Positions 10,135 through 19,197 of a stretch of 64,000 bases of DNA are shown in pieces. The notes under the pieces were generated by a model. That model was given only the letters and a program-made list of their open reading frames with translations. It made no database searches and was not told the DNA's origin. The stretch is from contig CAWEWF010000014.1 of the NCBI GenBank assembly GCA_963812605.1, positions 320,001-384,000 of the forward strand, in the 5' to 3' direction. Position numbers and translations under genes: made by a program. The stretch is from an uncultured Verrucomicrobiae bacterium (GTDB lineage: Bacteria; Verrucomicrobiota; Verrucomicrobiia; Palsa-1439). The stretch's first letter is position 1. Each line of letters begins with the position of its first letter.

Positions 10135-10821
10135 ATGACAACACCAGATGCCGTGAACACAGAGCAGTGGAACGCCAATTCGGTGGTGCTGATCAAGAGT
10201 CGTCCGGCGCACCTGCATCGGGACATGGTTCTGAAGCGTTCCCGCCTGCTCGAGATGGTGACCGACCGGAACAAGAGAATTCTCGACCTTGGCTGCGGTT
10301 CCGGGCCTTTTCTCCAGTATTTCACGGAACGCGGTTATACGAACCTGTATGCGATCGAACCGGACGCGGACTTGATCAAGAACATCCCGGCAACCGTCAA
10401 GGCCGATGTGCGGGTTTGCCGCGCCGAGAAGATCGATTTCGAGTCGGAAATGTTTGATGTCGTGTTTGTCTACGGCGTCTTACATCATTTGCAGGGCATC
10501 CCTGCCTACCAGCAGGCCTGCCGCGAGATTGGCCGTATCTTGAAGCCTAGCGGACTCGTGTTCATCATGGAGCCGGGGCAATATCAGGTATTTCGCGCAG
10601 TTGAAGCCGGGGCAAAGATGTTGGGGTTTGTTTCCAGGACATTCAAGGCTTTCTCAGAATGTCTGGAAGAGGAACGGGAGACACAACACTTTTTCATCCG
10701 CAACCACGGGATTGTGCGTGATACCTTGTTGAAGGAGGGCTTGCGGCCGGTGGTGGACCGGTATTTTCTGTATTCATGGATCTTTACCGCGACGAAAGAG
10801 CCGAAGCGGTCGAACCCATGA
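10135..10821 (+). CDS. class I SAM-dependent methyltransferase
   Basis: ILDLGCGSG, FDVVFVYGVLHHL, ILKPSG. Confidence 0.85.
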   Translation: MTTPDAVNTEQWNANSVVLIKSRPAHLHRDMVLKRSRLLEMVTDRNKRILDLGCGSGPFLQYFTERGYTNLYAIEPDADLIKNIPATVKADVRVCRAEKIDFESEMFDVVFVYGVLHHLQGIPAYQQACREIGRILKPSGLVFIMEPGQYQVFRAVEAGAKMLGFVSRTFKAFSECLEEERETQHFFIRNHGIVRDTLLKEGLRPVVDRYFLYSWIFTATKEPKRSNP

Positions 10822-12269
10822 CCGTCTCCGCGGAATCAGCGTTGCCCCGGCGCGCGGTTACCGATCTGGCCATGAAGTCGTGCATCGGCATCGCGATGAT
10901 TGTGTTCTTCGGCATGGCATGGTTGAAGTATCATTACTTCAACGGTGACACCAACGACCTGACGGTCTTCTCTTACGCTTTTGCCGGCGCCATGCGTGGA
11001 CAGTTTCTTCCTGTGTACTTTGCACCGGGCTGTCTGCTCGGCTGCCATGTCAACTGGGTGGTTTTGGCCGGACTGCCATTGTTCGCCGTTTGGCGGTCTT
11101 TTTATGCGTTGCTGTTCTTCCAATCGTTCATGCTGACTATTGCGGCGTGGCCGTTCTATTTGTTGGCGAAGCACGTGTTACAGAATGACCGGGCCGCGCT
11201 TCTCGCCGGGATTGCATTCCTGGTCTTCCCAACCATCGTGTCACAACACGTGAATCAGATTCACGACGATCAGTTCGGTCTGCCGTTTATGATGTTGGCC
11301 ACGTATTACTTTGTCACGGGACGTTTTCGCGGTTTCGTTATCGGGATGGTTCTGACGTGCTTCGGCAAGGAGAGCCTGACGCTAACCACGGCGGCGTTTG
11401 GGGTGTACGCGCTTCTCGAACGGCGTTCATCGCAGTGGGTGGTAACGCCTGTTCTTTTCAGCGTGTTGTACCTGGGATTTGCTATTTTCCTCCTCCGCCA
11501 CGTCTTCGCTGGCTTGGGCGCGCCGGTCTGGGAGGCAGCGTATCATTTGGGTGCGTACGGAAAGACCTATGGCGAAATCTTTCATACCTTCCTCACTCGG
11601 CCAGGCTTTGTGATGCAAGTGGTCTTCACGGATCAAAAAGTCAGCTACTTGAGCAAACTGTTTCTGCCCGTATTATACATCTTGCCGTTCCTGTCCCCAG
11701 CCATCGTATTGTCATTGCCCAATCTCCTGCTCAATATGTTCGTGCCCAACACCGCGTTCACCGTTATGCCTTGGCACTACAACATCATCCTGGGCTCGAC
11801 GCTGCTGGTGACAAGTTTGTTCGGTATCAAACGTCTCAGCAACTGGTTTCCCCGGTACGCCGACAAGCTGCTACTGGGTTTGCCGGCGGCGATGGTGGCG
11901 TTATCATTGGTGGGCATACAATTCTGGTACCGCGCAGAGGAATATCAACCCAAGCCCTATCAGGCCACGCTGGAGCACGTGGTCGGAGCGGTTCCGTCGA
12001 ATGCCGCGGTATTGTGTCCCACGCCAATGTTGGCCCAGTTCTCCAACCAGCCGAGGGTCGATTCCGCGTACTCCTTGTTGGTTATCGACAAGAAACCAGA
12101 AGCGCTGACGAACTACGACTTCATCATTCTCGACGGGAACTGGCGTGCCTACGAAGCGATCGGTCAGATGCAATTGGTGAAACTGTTCAATGAGAATCCG
12201 TCGTTGCAGCAGCGGTTTCGCACGGTGTTCCATGAGAACAACGTGTTCGTCCTCCAACAGGTGAGGTGA
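10818..12269 (+). CDS. DUF2079-like polytopic membrane protein (GT-C-like)
   Basis: DL..FSY, LLGCH, Q.HDD, KE motif, HY near the C-terminus, many TM helices; ATGA overlap. Confidence 0.7.
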   Translation: MTVSAESALPRRAVTDLAMKSCIGIAMIVFFGMAWLKYHYFNGDTNDLTVFSYAFAGAMRGQFLPVYFAPGCLLGCHVNWVVLAGLPLFAVWRSFYALLFFQSFMLTIAAWPFYLLAKHVLQNDRAALLAGIAFLVFPTIVSQHVNQIHDDQFGLPFMMLATYYFVTGRFRGFVIGMVLTCFGKESLTLTTAAFGVYALLERRSSQWVVTPVLFSVLYLGFAIFLLRHVFAGLGAPVWEAAYHLGAYGKTYGEIFHTFLTRPGFVMQVVFTDQKVSYLSKLFLPVLYILPFLSPAIVLSLPNLLLNMFVPNTAFTVMPWHYNIILGSTLLVTSLFGIKRLSNWFPRYADKLLLGLPAAMVALSLVGIQFWYRAEEYQPKPYQATLEHVVGAVPSNAAVLCPTPMLAQFSNQPRVDSAYSLLVIDKKPEALTNYDFIILDGNWRAYEAIGQMQLVKLFNENPSLQQRFRTVFHENNVFVLQQVR

Positions 12270-12272
12270 GCG

Positions 12273-13916
12273 ATGGCGACGAATCCGATCTCTCGCAAGC
12301 AGCTTTGGGGACTGGCGACCCTGTTTGGCGGGTTGAATATCCTCGTCCATCTCCCGTTTTTGTTCCGGTACGACCTCTACTTCCAGTCGGACCTCGCGGT
12401 GTGTCATCTGATGGCCAAGCAGATCATGCGGGGCGACTTTCCGCTCTACAATTGGGGAGCGGACTATGGCGGCATTGGTCCGGTGGACTTCCTAACGGCG
12501 TTGCTGTTCAAACTATTTGGGGCCTCGATTCCATTGTCGGGATTCGTCAGCTTGTTGTTCTGGGCGGCGGGCGTAAGCTTGTTGACGGCCTATGTCGGGG
12601 TGCACGTTGGACGCCGGGCAATGATTGCGGCTGGCGCGGCGCTAGCCGTCGGAATGCCGCATTTTTTGCTGTATTGCACCGAACCGCTGAGCTCGACGTA
12701 TTCGCAGGCGGCACTGTACATCGGCGGGTTCGTTTGGCTGACGGTAACGATGTTGAAACGTGGTCCCCGCAGCCTGCTGCCGATCTTTGTCGGGCTGTTG
12801 ATGGGCTGGTTCTGGTACGCCCACAAACAAGTCGTGGTCGTATGGGCGGCCATCGGCCTGTCGTTGCTGATGATGGAGCAGGGGCGGGAGTATCTGAAAA
12901 AGGTCATCCCCTCGAAGATCGCGGTTTTTACGGCCCTGGCTTTCCTGGTTGGGTACAGTCCGGAACTGCTCTACAAACTTGGTTACTTCAGCCACGAAGG
13001 GCGGGTGCCGGACACGGCTCGGTTCCTTAAATTCGCCACACCGGAGATGATGGCTCAGAACTGGTACATGATTTTTCGGTGCATCCCCACCTATGTCAAC
13101 GCCGACCCGTTGAGCCGCAGCGATTCGAGTGTGCATTACCTCAACCATCTGGAGAACTGGGAAAGTTTTCCGCAACAACCCGCCGACACGGTGGGCATCA
13201 TCGCGGCCTGCCTGATCATCGGCTTCATCCTTCAGATGGCCGTCAAGACGTACCGGGAGAAGAACCTGCCGCTATTTCTGCTGGCCATGATCCCGTTGGT
13301 GGATGCCGGTATCATCGTCCTGTCGGCGACGGCAGGGGGCTCCTACTACAGCATCCGACGATATCTTTTGCCGGCCGGCATCGTGGGGTTGGTGTGGCTC
13401 GGCATTCGGTTGGCCGACGACTGGGAGGCGAAGCGGCGTGTTCGCGCCATCGTCCTCGGACTCACCGTGCTTATTTCTCTGTTGAGCCAGCAGGCGATGC
13501 TGAAGATACCCGACCAGTTGGTCGACTACAAAGAAACGGCGAAGGAGATCGAGCAGGCCGGCTATAAGTACGGTCTGTCATGGTTTTCGCAATCACACAC
13601 CTTGACGGCGCTGGCCGATGAACGGGTGAGTTTCGGCATCATTGATCGGCGGTTCGAGTGTCCGTATCAACTGCCGGCCACCGCCGCGTCCGAGGTGGCC
13701 ATCGTGTGGCAGGCGACCTCGGCGCCGCCGTTCGAATTCGCGCAGAATCTCCTGCTCGGTGGCGTGCGGATCCCTGGGCGCGGACCGCAGATTCTGCCGG
13801 AGAAGATCAACATTTTTGGTTATGCTTATACCCGCCTGGCTGAACCCAGGATCGTTGGCGAACTCGGCTGGGCGCCTTATCGCAAAGGTTCGGCTGCCGT
13901 GCCGCAAATCCCGTAG
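12273..13916 (+). CDS. polytopic membrane protein, GT-C / ArnT-like glycosyltransferase candidate
   Basis: QSDLA..LMA..I.RG.FP.Y.WG.DY.G first-loop motif, RRYLLP, more than 10 TM helices. Confidence 0.6.
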   Translation: MATNPISRKQLWGLATLFGGLNILVHLPFLFRYDLYFQSDLAVCHLMAKQIMRGDFPLYNWGADYGGIGPVDFLTALLFKLFGASIPLSGFVSLLFWAAGVSLLTAYVGVHVGRRAMIAAGAALAVGMPHFLLYCTEPLSSTYSQAALYIGGFVWLTVTMLKRGPRSLLPIFVGLLMGWFWYAHKQVVVVWAAIGLSLLMMEQGREYLKKVIPSKIAVFTALAFLVGYSPELLYKLGYFSHEGRVPDTARFLKFATPEMMAQNWYMIFRCIPTYVNADPLSRSDSSVHYLNHLENWESFPQQPADTVGIIAACLIIGFILQMAVKTYREKNLPLFLLAMIPLVDAGIIVLSATAGGSYYSIRRYLLPAGIVGLVWLGIRLADDWEAKRRVRAIVLGLTVLISLLSQQAMLKIPDQLVDYKETAKEIEQAGYKYGLSWFSQSHTLTALADERVSFGIIDRRFECPYQLPATAASEVAIVWQATSAPPFEFAQNLLLGGVRIPGRGPQILPEKINIFGYAYTRLAEPRIVGELGWAPYRKGSAAVPQIP

Positions 13917-13918
13917 CT

Positions 13919-14455
13919 TCAGCCACCCGGTTCCAGGCGTAGGAACCGCTTGAGTCCGCCGGCAATCCTGGCATTTCGCCGGCCCTTTTTGGTGAGCGAG
14001 AAGACTTCGCCCTCAGCCACGACAAAACCGTTGTTCTGCAGATCCAGCAGCCGCTGGCCTAACAACTTCTCGTAGGGGAAAGCCTTTTTAAGGTCGTCCA
14101 AGGTCATTCGCCTGGCCGGGGTATCTTCGAGGGCCATCATGTAAAGAACGGACAGCGAGTGATCGGCGCAGAAGTAGCAATAGCACCACGCGAAAAAAAG
14201 CAGTGCGTAGAGCAGCGCACCATTGAGAAATGCCGCCAATCCTTTCGGGTCCTGCCACGGCAGCGGGCAGCCCAGCCACGCGGGCAATGCGGCGCGGACA
14301 CCGAAATATAGGGCCACATACACTGGTAGAAGCAGCGTCCAGATGCCGATCATTACCTGGAGACGATGCCCGACCGGCGGGAAATGAAACCGCCCCACGA
14401 CCGCCAGAATAAACAGCGCCAGGCACAGGAAGGCCGTGAGAATGCCACTCAGCAT
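13919..14455 (-). CDS. membrane protein with C-terminal winged-helix-like segment (paralog 1)
   Basis: 3 TM helices, then SLSV...QRL.DL...G.V...G.VFSLTKKG. Confidence 0.7.
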   Translation of the reverse strand: MLSGILTAFLCLALFILAVVGRFHFPPVGHRLQVMIGIWTLLLPVYVALYFGVRAALPAWLGCPLPWQDPKGLAAFLNGALLYALLFFAWCYCYFCADHSLSVLYMMALEDTPARRMTLDDLKKAFPYEKLLGQRLLDLQNNGFVVAEGEVFSLTKKGRRNARIAGGLKRFLRLEPGG

Positions 14456-14459
14456 CTTG

Positions 14460-14981
14460 TCATTCCTGGCCGATTCGCAGGAGTTTCCATACCAGTTTGT
14501 TGGCGGCCGCGAAGCGCCGGCCCTTATCGGTACTGACGAAGTTTTCGCCATCCTTGCGCCAATAGCCCATCGTGAGGATCTGTCCGAGCCGCTTTTCGAG
14601 GATGTAGTCGTAGGAATAGACCCGCATGATTTCCGCGAGCTTCATTCTGCCCTGCGGTGCCCGGCTGATCTCAATAGTCACCCGCAAGGACAGGCCGCGC
14701 TCCAGCAGGAAGAAGAACGCGGTGTAACCGATGAGCAGCAGCACCTCGATGAGCAGGCCGTTCAGAAGATCGATCACGCCGTTCGTAGTCCGCAGGTCGA
14801 CGGCCAGCCGCGGGTAGTTGCGGGACAGGACGAGAAAGACCACCAGGTAAACCGGTAGAAATGCCAGCCAGAGCAGGTTGAGCAATCGCGATGGACGCGG
14901 CCACGAACGCAGATGACACGCCGCCCAGTGCGCAAGCACGTATACCGCGAAACTGCCGAAGGCTGCCAGCATTCCGGTCAT
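14460..14981 (-). CDS. membrane protein with C-terminal winged-helix-like segment (paralog 2)
   Basis: 3 TM helices, then GLSLRV...KRL.QI...GY....ENFVSTDKG; same layout as the adjacent gene. Confidence 0.7.
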   Translation of the reverse strand: MTGMLAAFGSFAVYVLAHWAACHLRSWPRPSRLLNLLWLAFLPVYLVVFLVLSRNYPRLAVDLRTTNGVIDLLNGLLIEVLLLIGYTAFFFLLERGLSLRVTIEISRAPQGRMKLAEIMRVYSYDYILEKRLGQILTMGYWRKDGENFVSTDKGRRFAAANKLVWKLLRIGQE

Positions 14982-15162
14982 GGTCGTGGCCGCACTCTAT
15001 ACGGTCAGCGGACGCCGTCGGCAAGGCTGCATTTTGCCTTGAACAGAATTGTTTCCGTGTGCACACTGCCGCAGTCGGTGGAGCGCACGGATCGGCGCAT
15101 TCGCAGTTTGGATTGACGGCAGCGGAGCCAGGCGATTTCTCGGCGATTAAAGGGAAGATTTC

Positions 15163-16488
15163 ATGTTGACGGATACGGAAATTCGAAAGTCTGTTCAGGA
15201 ACTGGTGGCCGGCGCTCTGCCGATTTCATCCATGCGCGGGTTGGATAACGAAAACTTTGTGCCCGGCGAGACGCAGATTCAATACTCCGGTCCCACCTGG
15301 ACCAATGAAGAGATTGAAGCCGCGATCTATACGATTTTGCGCGGGAAGTGGTTGAGCTCGGGGGAAAACGTCGCCCGCTTCGAGCACGCCATTTCCAGGG
15401 AGCTGGGAAGGAAACACTCGATCATGTGCAATTCCGGCAGCTCAGCGAACCTGTTGATGCTCGCCGCCCTGAAGTCCACACACACCTACGGATTCAAGGA
15501 CATTGAGGTCATTACGCCGGTGGTTTGCTTCCCGACGACCGTGGCGCCCATGCTGCAATGCGGCTTTACCCCCCGTTTCGTGGACATCGAACCCGGCACT
15601 TTGAACCTGGATCTCGATTTGTTCGAAAAGGCCATCACGGAGAAGACCAAAGCCGTAATGTTTTCACACGTGCTCGGGAACCCGCCCGATATGGATCGTG
15701 TGGTGAAGATTTGCCAGGAACGAAATCTTTTGTTGCTCGAGGACAATTGCGACGCGCTGGGCAGCACCTGGCGCGGCAAACCGCTGGGGTCCTTCGGCCT
15801 GATGTCCAGCCATAGTTTCTATCCCTCGCACCATATCACCACCGGCGAAGGCGGTCTGGTCAGCATGGACGACGAAGTCCTGGCTCGCGTTGTGCGGAGT
15901 ATCGCCTGGTGGGGTCGAGATTGCTATTGCATCGGGTCGGCGAATTTGTTGCTCGCAGGAACCTGCGGGAAGCGATTTGACCGGTGGCTGGCCCCGAATT
16001 ACGAGGGCATTCTAGACCACAAGTACATCTACGAAGAAATTGGCTACAACTTGAAGCCGCTAGACCTGCAAGGCGCCATCGGGTTGGTCCAACTCAAGAA
16101 GCTCGACTTCATCAAATCCGCCCGCAAACGCATTTACGCCGCGTTCCAGGAAATTTGCACGAAGTACCCGTCCTTGATTCGTACCAGTACCGCCGACCCG
16201 CGCGCTGACGTCAGTTGGTTTGGGTTCCCGATCACACTTACGACGAAAAAGTTCGCCCGCGCCGACTTTGTGAACCACCTCGAATCCAAAAAAATTCAGA
16301 CGCGGAATTATTTTTCGGGCAACATTCTCTTTCACCGTCCGTACGCGCACCTGGGCAATCCGCACGATTATCCGCAAGCCTGCAAGGTGATGGAAGACAC
16401 CTTTTTTATTGGGGTACACCCGATGATGACCGATCCAATGATCGATTATGTCCAACAGACGCTGGACGGTTTCCTCAAGAAATGGTGA
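15163..16488 (+). CDS. rfbH: RfbH/DdhC-like PLP/PMP-dependent NDP-4-keto-6-deoxyhexose 3-dehydrase
   Basis: NSGSSANLL, EDNCDALGS, SFYPSHHITTGEGG (His in place of the Schiff-base Lys), WGRDCYC..TCG Fe-S motif, DHKYIY. Confidence 0.9.
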   Translation: MLTDTEIRKSVQELVAGALPISSMRGLDNENFVPGETQIQYSGPTWTNEEIEAAIYTILRGKWLSSGENVARFEHAISRELGRKHSIMCNSGSSANLLMLAALKSTHTYGFKDIEVITPVVCFPTTVAPMLQCGFTPRFVDIEPGTLNLDLDLFEKAITEKTKAVMFSHVLGNPPDMDRVVKICQERNLLLLEDNCDALGSTWRGKPLGSFGLMSSHSFYPSHHITTGEGGLVSMDDEVLARVVRSIAWWGRDCYCIGSANLLLAGTCGKRFDRWLAPNYEGILDHKYIYEEIGYNLKPLDLQGAIGLVQLKKLDFIKSARKRIYAAFQEICTKYPSLIRTSTADPRADVSWFGFPITLTTKKFARADFVNHLESKKIQTRNYFSGNILFHRPYAHLGNPHDYPQACKVMEDTFFIGVHPMMTDPMIDYVQQTLDGFLKKW

Positions 16489-16495
16489 AGACGTC

Positions 16496-17498
16496 TTGAG
16501 CCAAACGAAACCGCGTCCACAGCCGGGCAAGATCAGCGCCGTCGTGATCTGTTATCGAGACGCGCCGGCGGTCCCGATCATGCACCAACGGCTGACCGCC
16601 GTGTTTCAGAAGCTCGACGTCGATTACGAGATTATCTTCGTCAACGACAACAGCCCGGACAACGCGCGGGAGGTGCTCGCGGAACTCGCGGGGCGCGACC
16701 CGCGGGTCGTCGTCATCAACCACAGCCGCAACTTCGGGGCGCAGAGCGCGTTCACGAGCGGGATGCGCATCGCGACGGGGGATGCGGTGGTGCTGCTGGA
16801 CGGCGATCTGCAGGATCCCCCGGAATTGATTGAAGCGCTGGCTGAAAAATGGCGGGCGGGATATCGACGTGGTTTATGGCGTGCGCGTCAAGCGGGTGGC
16901 GACGCGGTTCCTCCAGGTCGCCTACAAGGCCTTTTACCGGCTTTTCCGCGCGGCTTCTTACGTGCCGATGCCCCTGGATGCCGGCGATTTCTCGCTACTC
17001 GACCGCCGCGTGGTCAACGCGATCAATGAGCTTCCCGAAAACAATCGCTTGATTCGCGGGCTGCGCTCGTGGGTTGGGTTCACCCAGACCGGGGTGCCTT
17101 ACGTTCGACCCGAAAGAATGTTTGGGCGAACCACGAACTCGTTGTTGAAGAATTTCGGGTGGGCGCGCAAGGCGATTCTCTCATTCTCCTATGCGCCGCT
17201 GGATATCATTATCTGGCTGGGTCTGGCGACCGTGGGGTTTTCGTTCTTGGCGATTGTGGTGCAGGTGGTCTTGCGGCTCTTTTTCCCGGACATCGCGCCG
17301 CGCGGTTTTACGATGTTGTTCTGTTTCATCTCGTTCCTGGGCGGCGTCCAATTGCTGAGCCTGAGCATCATCGGGTCCTACATGGCGCACATCTATGACG
17401 AGGTCAAACGGCGGCCGGCCTATATCGTGGAGAGCATCCTGAACGACCCGCGCCCGAAAGACGAAGCCAAGGCGGAGAAGCGTGACACGTCCGCTTGA
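16496..17498 (+). CDS. GtrB/ArnC-like GT2 (frameshift near 16860)
   Basis: NDNSPD, HSRNFG, DGDLQDPPE in ORF 16448; DAGDFSL, RGLRSWVG and two C-terminal TMs in ORF 16830; start uncertain. Confidence 0.85.
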
Positions 17499-17539
17499 TC
17501 CACGGGACGGACGCATCTGTGTCTCGTCGCGCCAGGAAA

Positions 17540-18510
17540 ATGAAACGGGTCATCGTCACCGGGGGAACAGGATTCGTCGGGGCCAACCTGGCGGCACGGC
17601 TGCTTCGTGACGGCCATGAAGTGCACCTGTTGGTCCGCGCGGGTTACCAGCCGTGGCGCATCAAGGCGATCCGTGAGTGAAATCCGTCTCCACGAGGTGC
17701 AACTGCACGACATCGAAGCGGTGACATGCGTCATCGACCAGATCCGTCCCGGACTGGGTGTTTCACCTGGCGGTGTACGGGGCGTTCTCTTCGCAAACCG
17801 ACGTGCAGCAGATGGTGCAGACCAACATCCATGGGACGATCAACCTGGTACAGGCGTGTCTGAAAACCGGCTTCGAGGCTTTCGTCAACACCGGTTCGTC
17901 ATCCGAATATGGTTTCAAGGATCACCCTCCCGCCGAGACGGAAGTACTCGAACCAAATAGTCCGTACGCGGCCAGCAAGGCCGCCGGCACACTTTTTTGC
18001 CGCCAGACCGCGCGTCACCAACACATTCACCTGCCCACGCTGCGATTGTATTCCGTGTATGGGCCCTACGAAGACCCCACGCGCCTGGTGTCGACGCTGA
18101 TTGTTCGTGGGTTGCAGGGAAAATTGCCGCCGCTCGTAGGCCCGGAAACCGCGCGCGATTTCGTCCATGTCGACGACGTGGTGGAGGCCTATCTACTGGC
18201 CGCAACGCATCCCGGACAGGAACCCGGCGCCATTTACAACGTGGGCGCGGGCATCCAAACCACCGTACGCGAGGCCGTGGCCGTCGCCCGGCAGGTGCTG
18301 GAGATTTCCGCCGAGCCGTGTTGGGGAACGATGCCCGCTCGCTCGTGGGACACGAGCGTCTGGGTGGCGGACAATCGAAGGATTTGTAAGCAACTCGGGT
18401 GGGCGCCGCGCTACAGTTTCCCCCAAGGTTTCGCGGCAACCGTAGAATGGTTCCGCGCGCATCCGGATCTTCTGCCGGTGTATCGCCGCGAACTTTCGGC
18501 AGTGTCCTAA
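17540..18510 (+). CDS. NAD-dependent epimerase/reductase (frameshifts near 17675 and 17750)
   Basis: VIVTGGTGFVG, VFHLA, GSSSEYG, YAASK, RDFVHVDDV spread across three frames. Confidence 0.85.
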
Positions 18511-18512
18511 TC

Positions 18513-18584
18513 TGGAGGGCCACGCTCCATCGTGGCCGTCCGTGATCGTTGACGACAGCGGACGCGACGGAGCGCGTCCCTCCA
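18513..18584. repeat. REP-like inverted pair (TGGAGGG...CCCTCCA type)
   Basis: tggagggccacgctccatcgtggcc ... ggacgcgacggagcgcgtccctcca; each unit has an internal hairpin. Confidence 0.7.
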
Positions 18585-18627
18585 ATTCTCCGTGGACGGT
18601 ATGCAAGCTTGTGGATATGATTGAAGC

Positions 18628-18915
18628 GTGAACGAGCGCATCAAAATTTACAAGGATGCCGTGGAGACAGCCCACAAGTGCAAGGCTCTATGTGATCAAT
18701 CCATGCCGGTGGGTGAGATGTTCGGGGATAAAGTCGTGTGGGAAGGTATCGTTGAGAAGTTTGCCCTGTTAGAGCATCCCAAAGCCAAATGGTGCTATGC
18801 GTGGAGCTTCAAGGATGGCAACACAACGCGCTACATTACCGTTTCGGAGCTTCCCCCTGTCGAATCACCACAAACCGCTGTGCGGGTCGCCATTGCGAGC
18901 AAGGCACAGAAATAG
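18628..18915 (+). CDS. hypothetical protein (VVWEG.VE.F...HPKA..CYAWS...LPPV.SP family)
   Basis: Clean 95-aa ORF with protein-like composition; pattern recalled from uncharacterised soil-bacterial proteins. Confidence 0.7.
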   Translation: MNERIKIYKDAVETAHKCKALCDQSMPVGEMFGDKVVWEGIVEKFALLEHPKAKWCYAWSFKDGNTTRYITVSELPPVESPQTAVRVAIASKAQK

Positions 18916-18918
18916 CCA

Positions 18919-19134
18919 ATGCATTTGCTTGTAAGTATTCTGTGCTTCCTCGCCTTTCCAGTCATAATGGTTTTGTGGTGGCGGCGCTATGGAGCGATTT
19001 TGATGGGTGAAAAGCGTCTTGATTTACGGGAGTATGCTCGCGGTTGGCTGATTTCTTTCGTAATTATCCTAGTTGTTCTCGCAATCAATGCCATGACACA
19101 TGGCCGTCTTCTCTCCTTGTTAATTTCAAATTAG
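18919..19134 (+). CDS. small two-TM hypothetical membrane protein
   Basis: 71 aa, two hydrophobic helices, 3 nt after the previous stop. Confidence 0.5.
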   Translation: MHLLVSILCFLAFPVIMVLWWRRYGAILMGEKRLDLREYARGWLISFVIILVVLAINAMTHGRLLSLLISN

Positions 19135-19197
19135 GGCACTACCGAACTTTCGGAAAGGTTGAGTCCTTAAGGCCGGGCTGGTATGGTGGGGGCTGAC

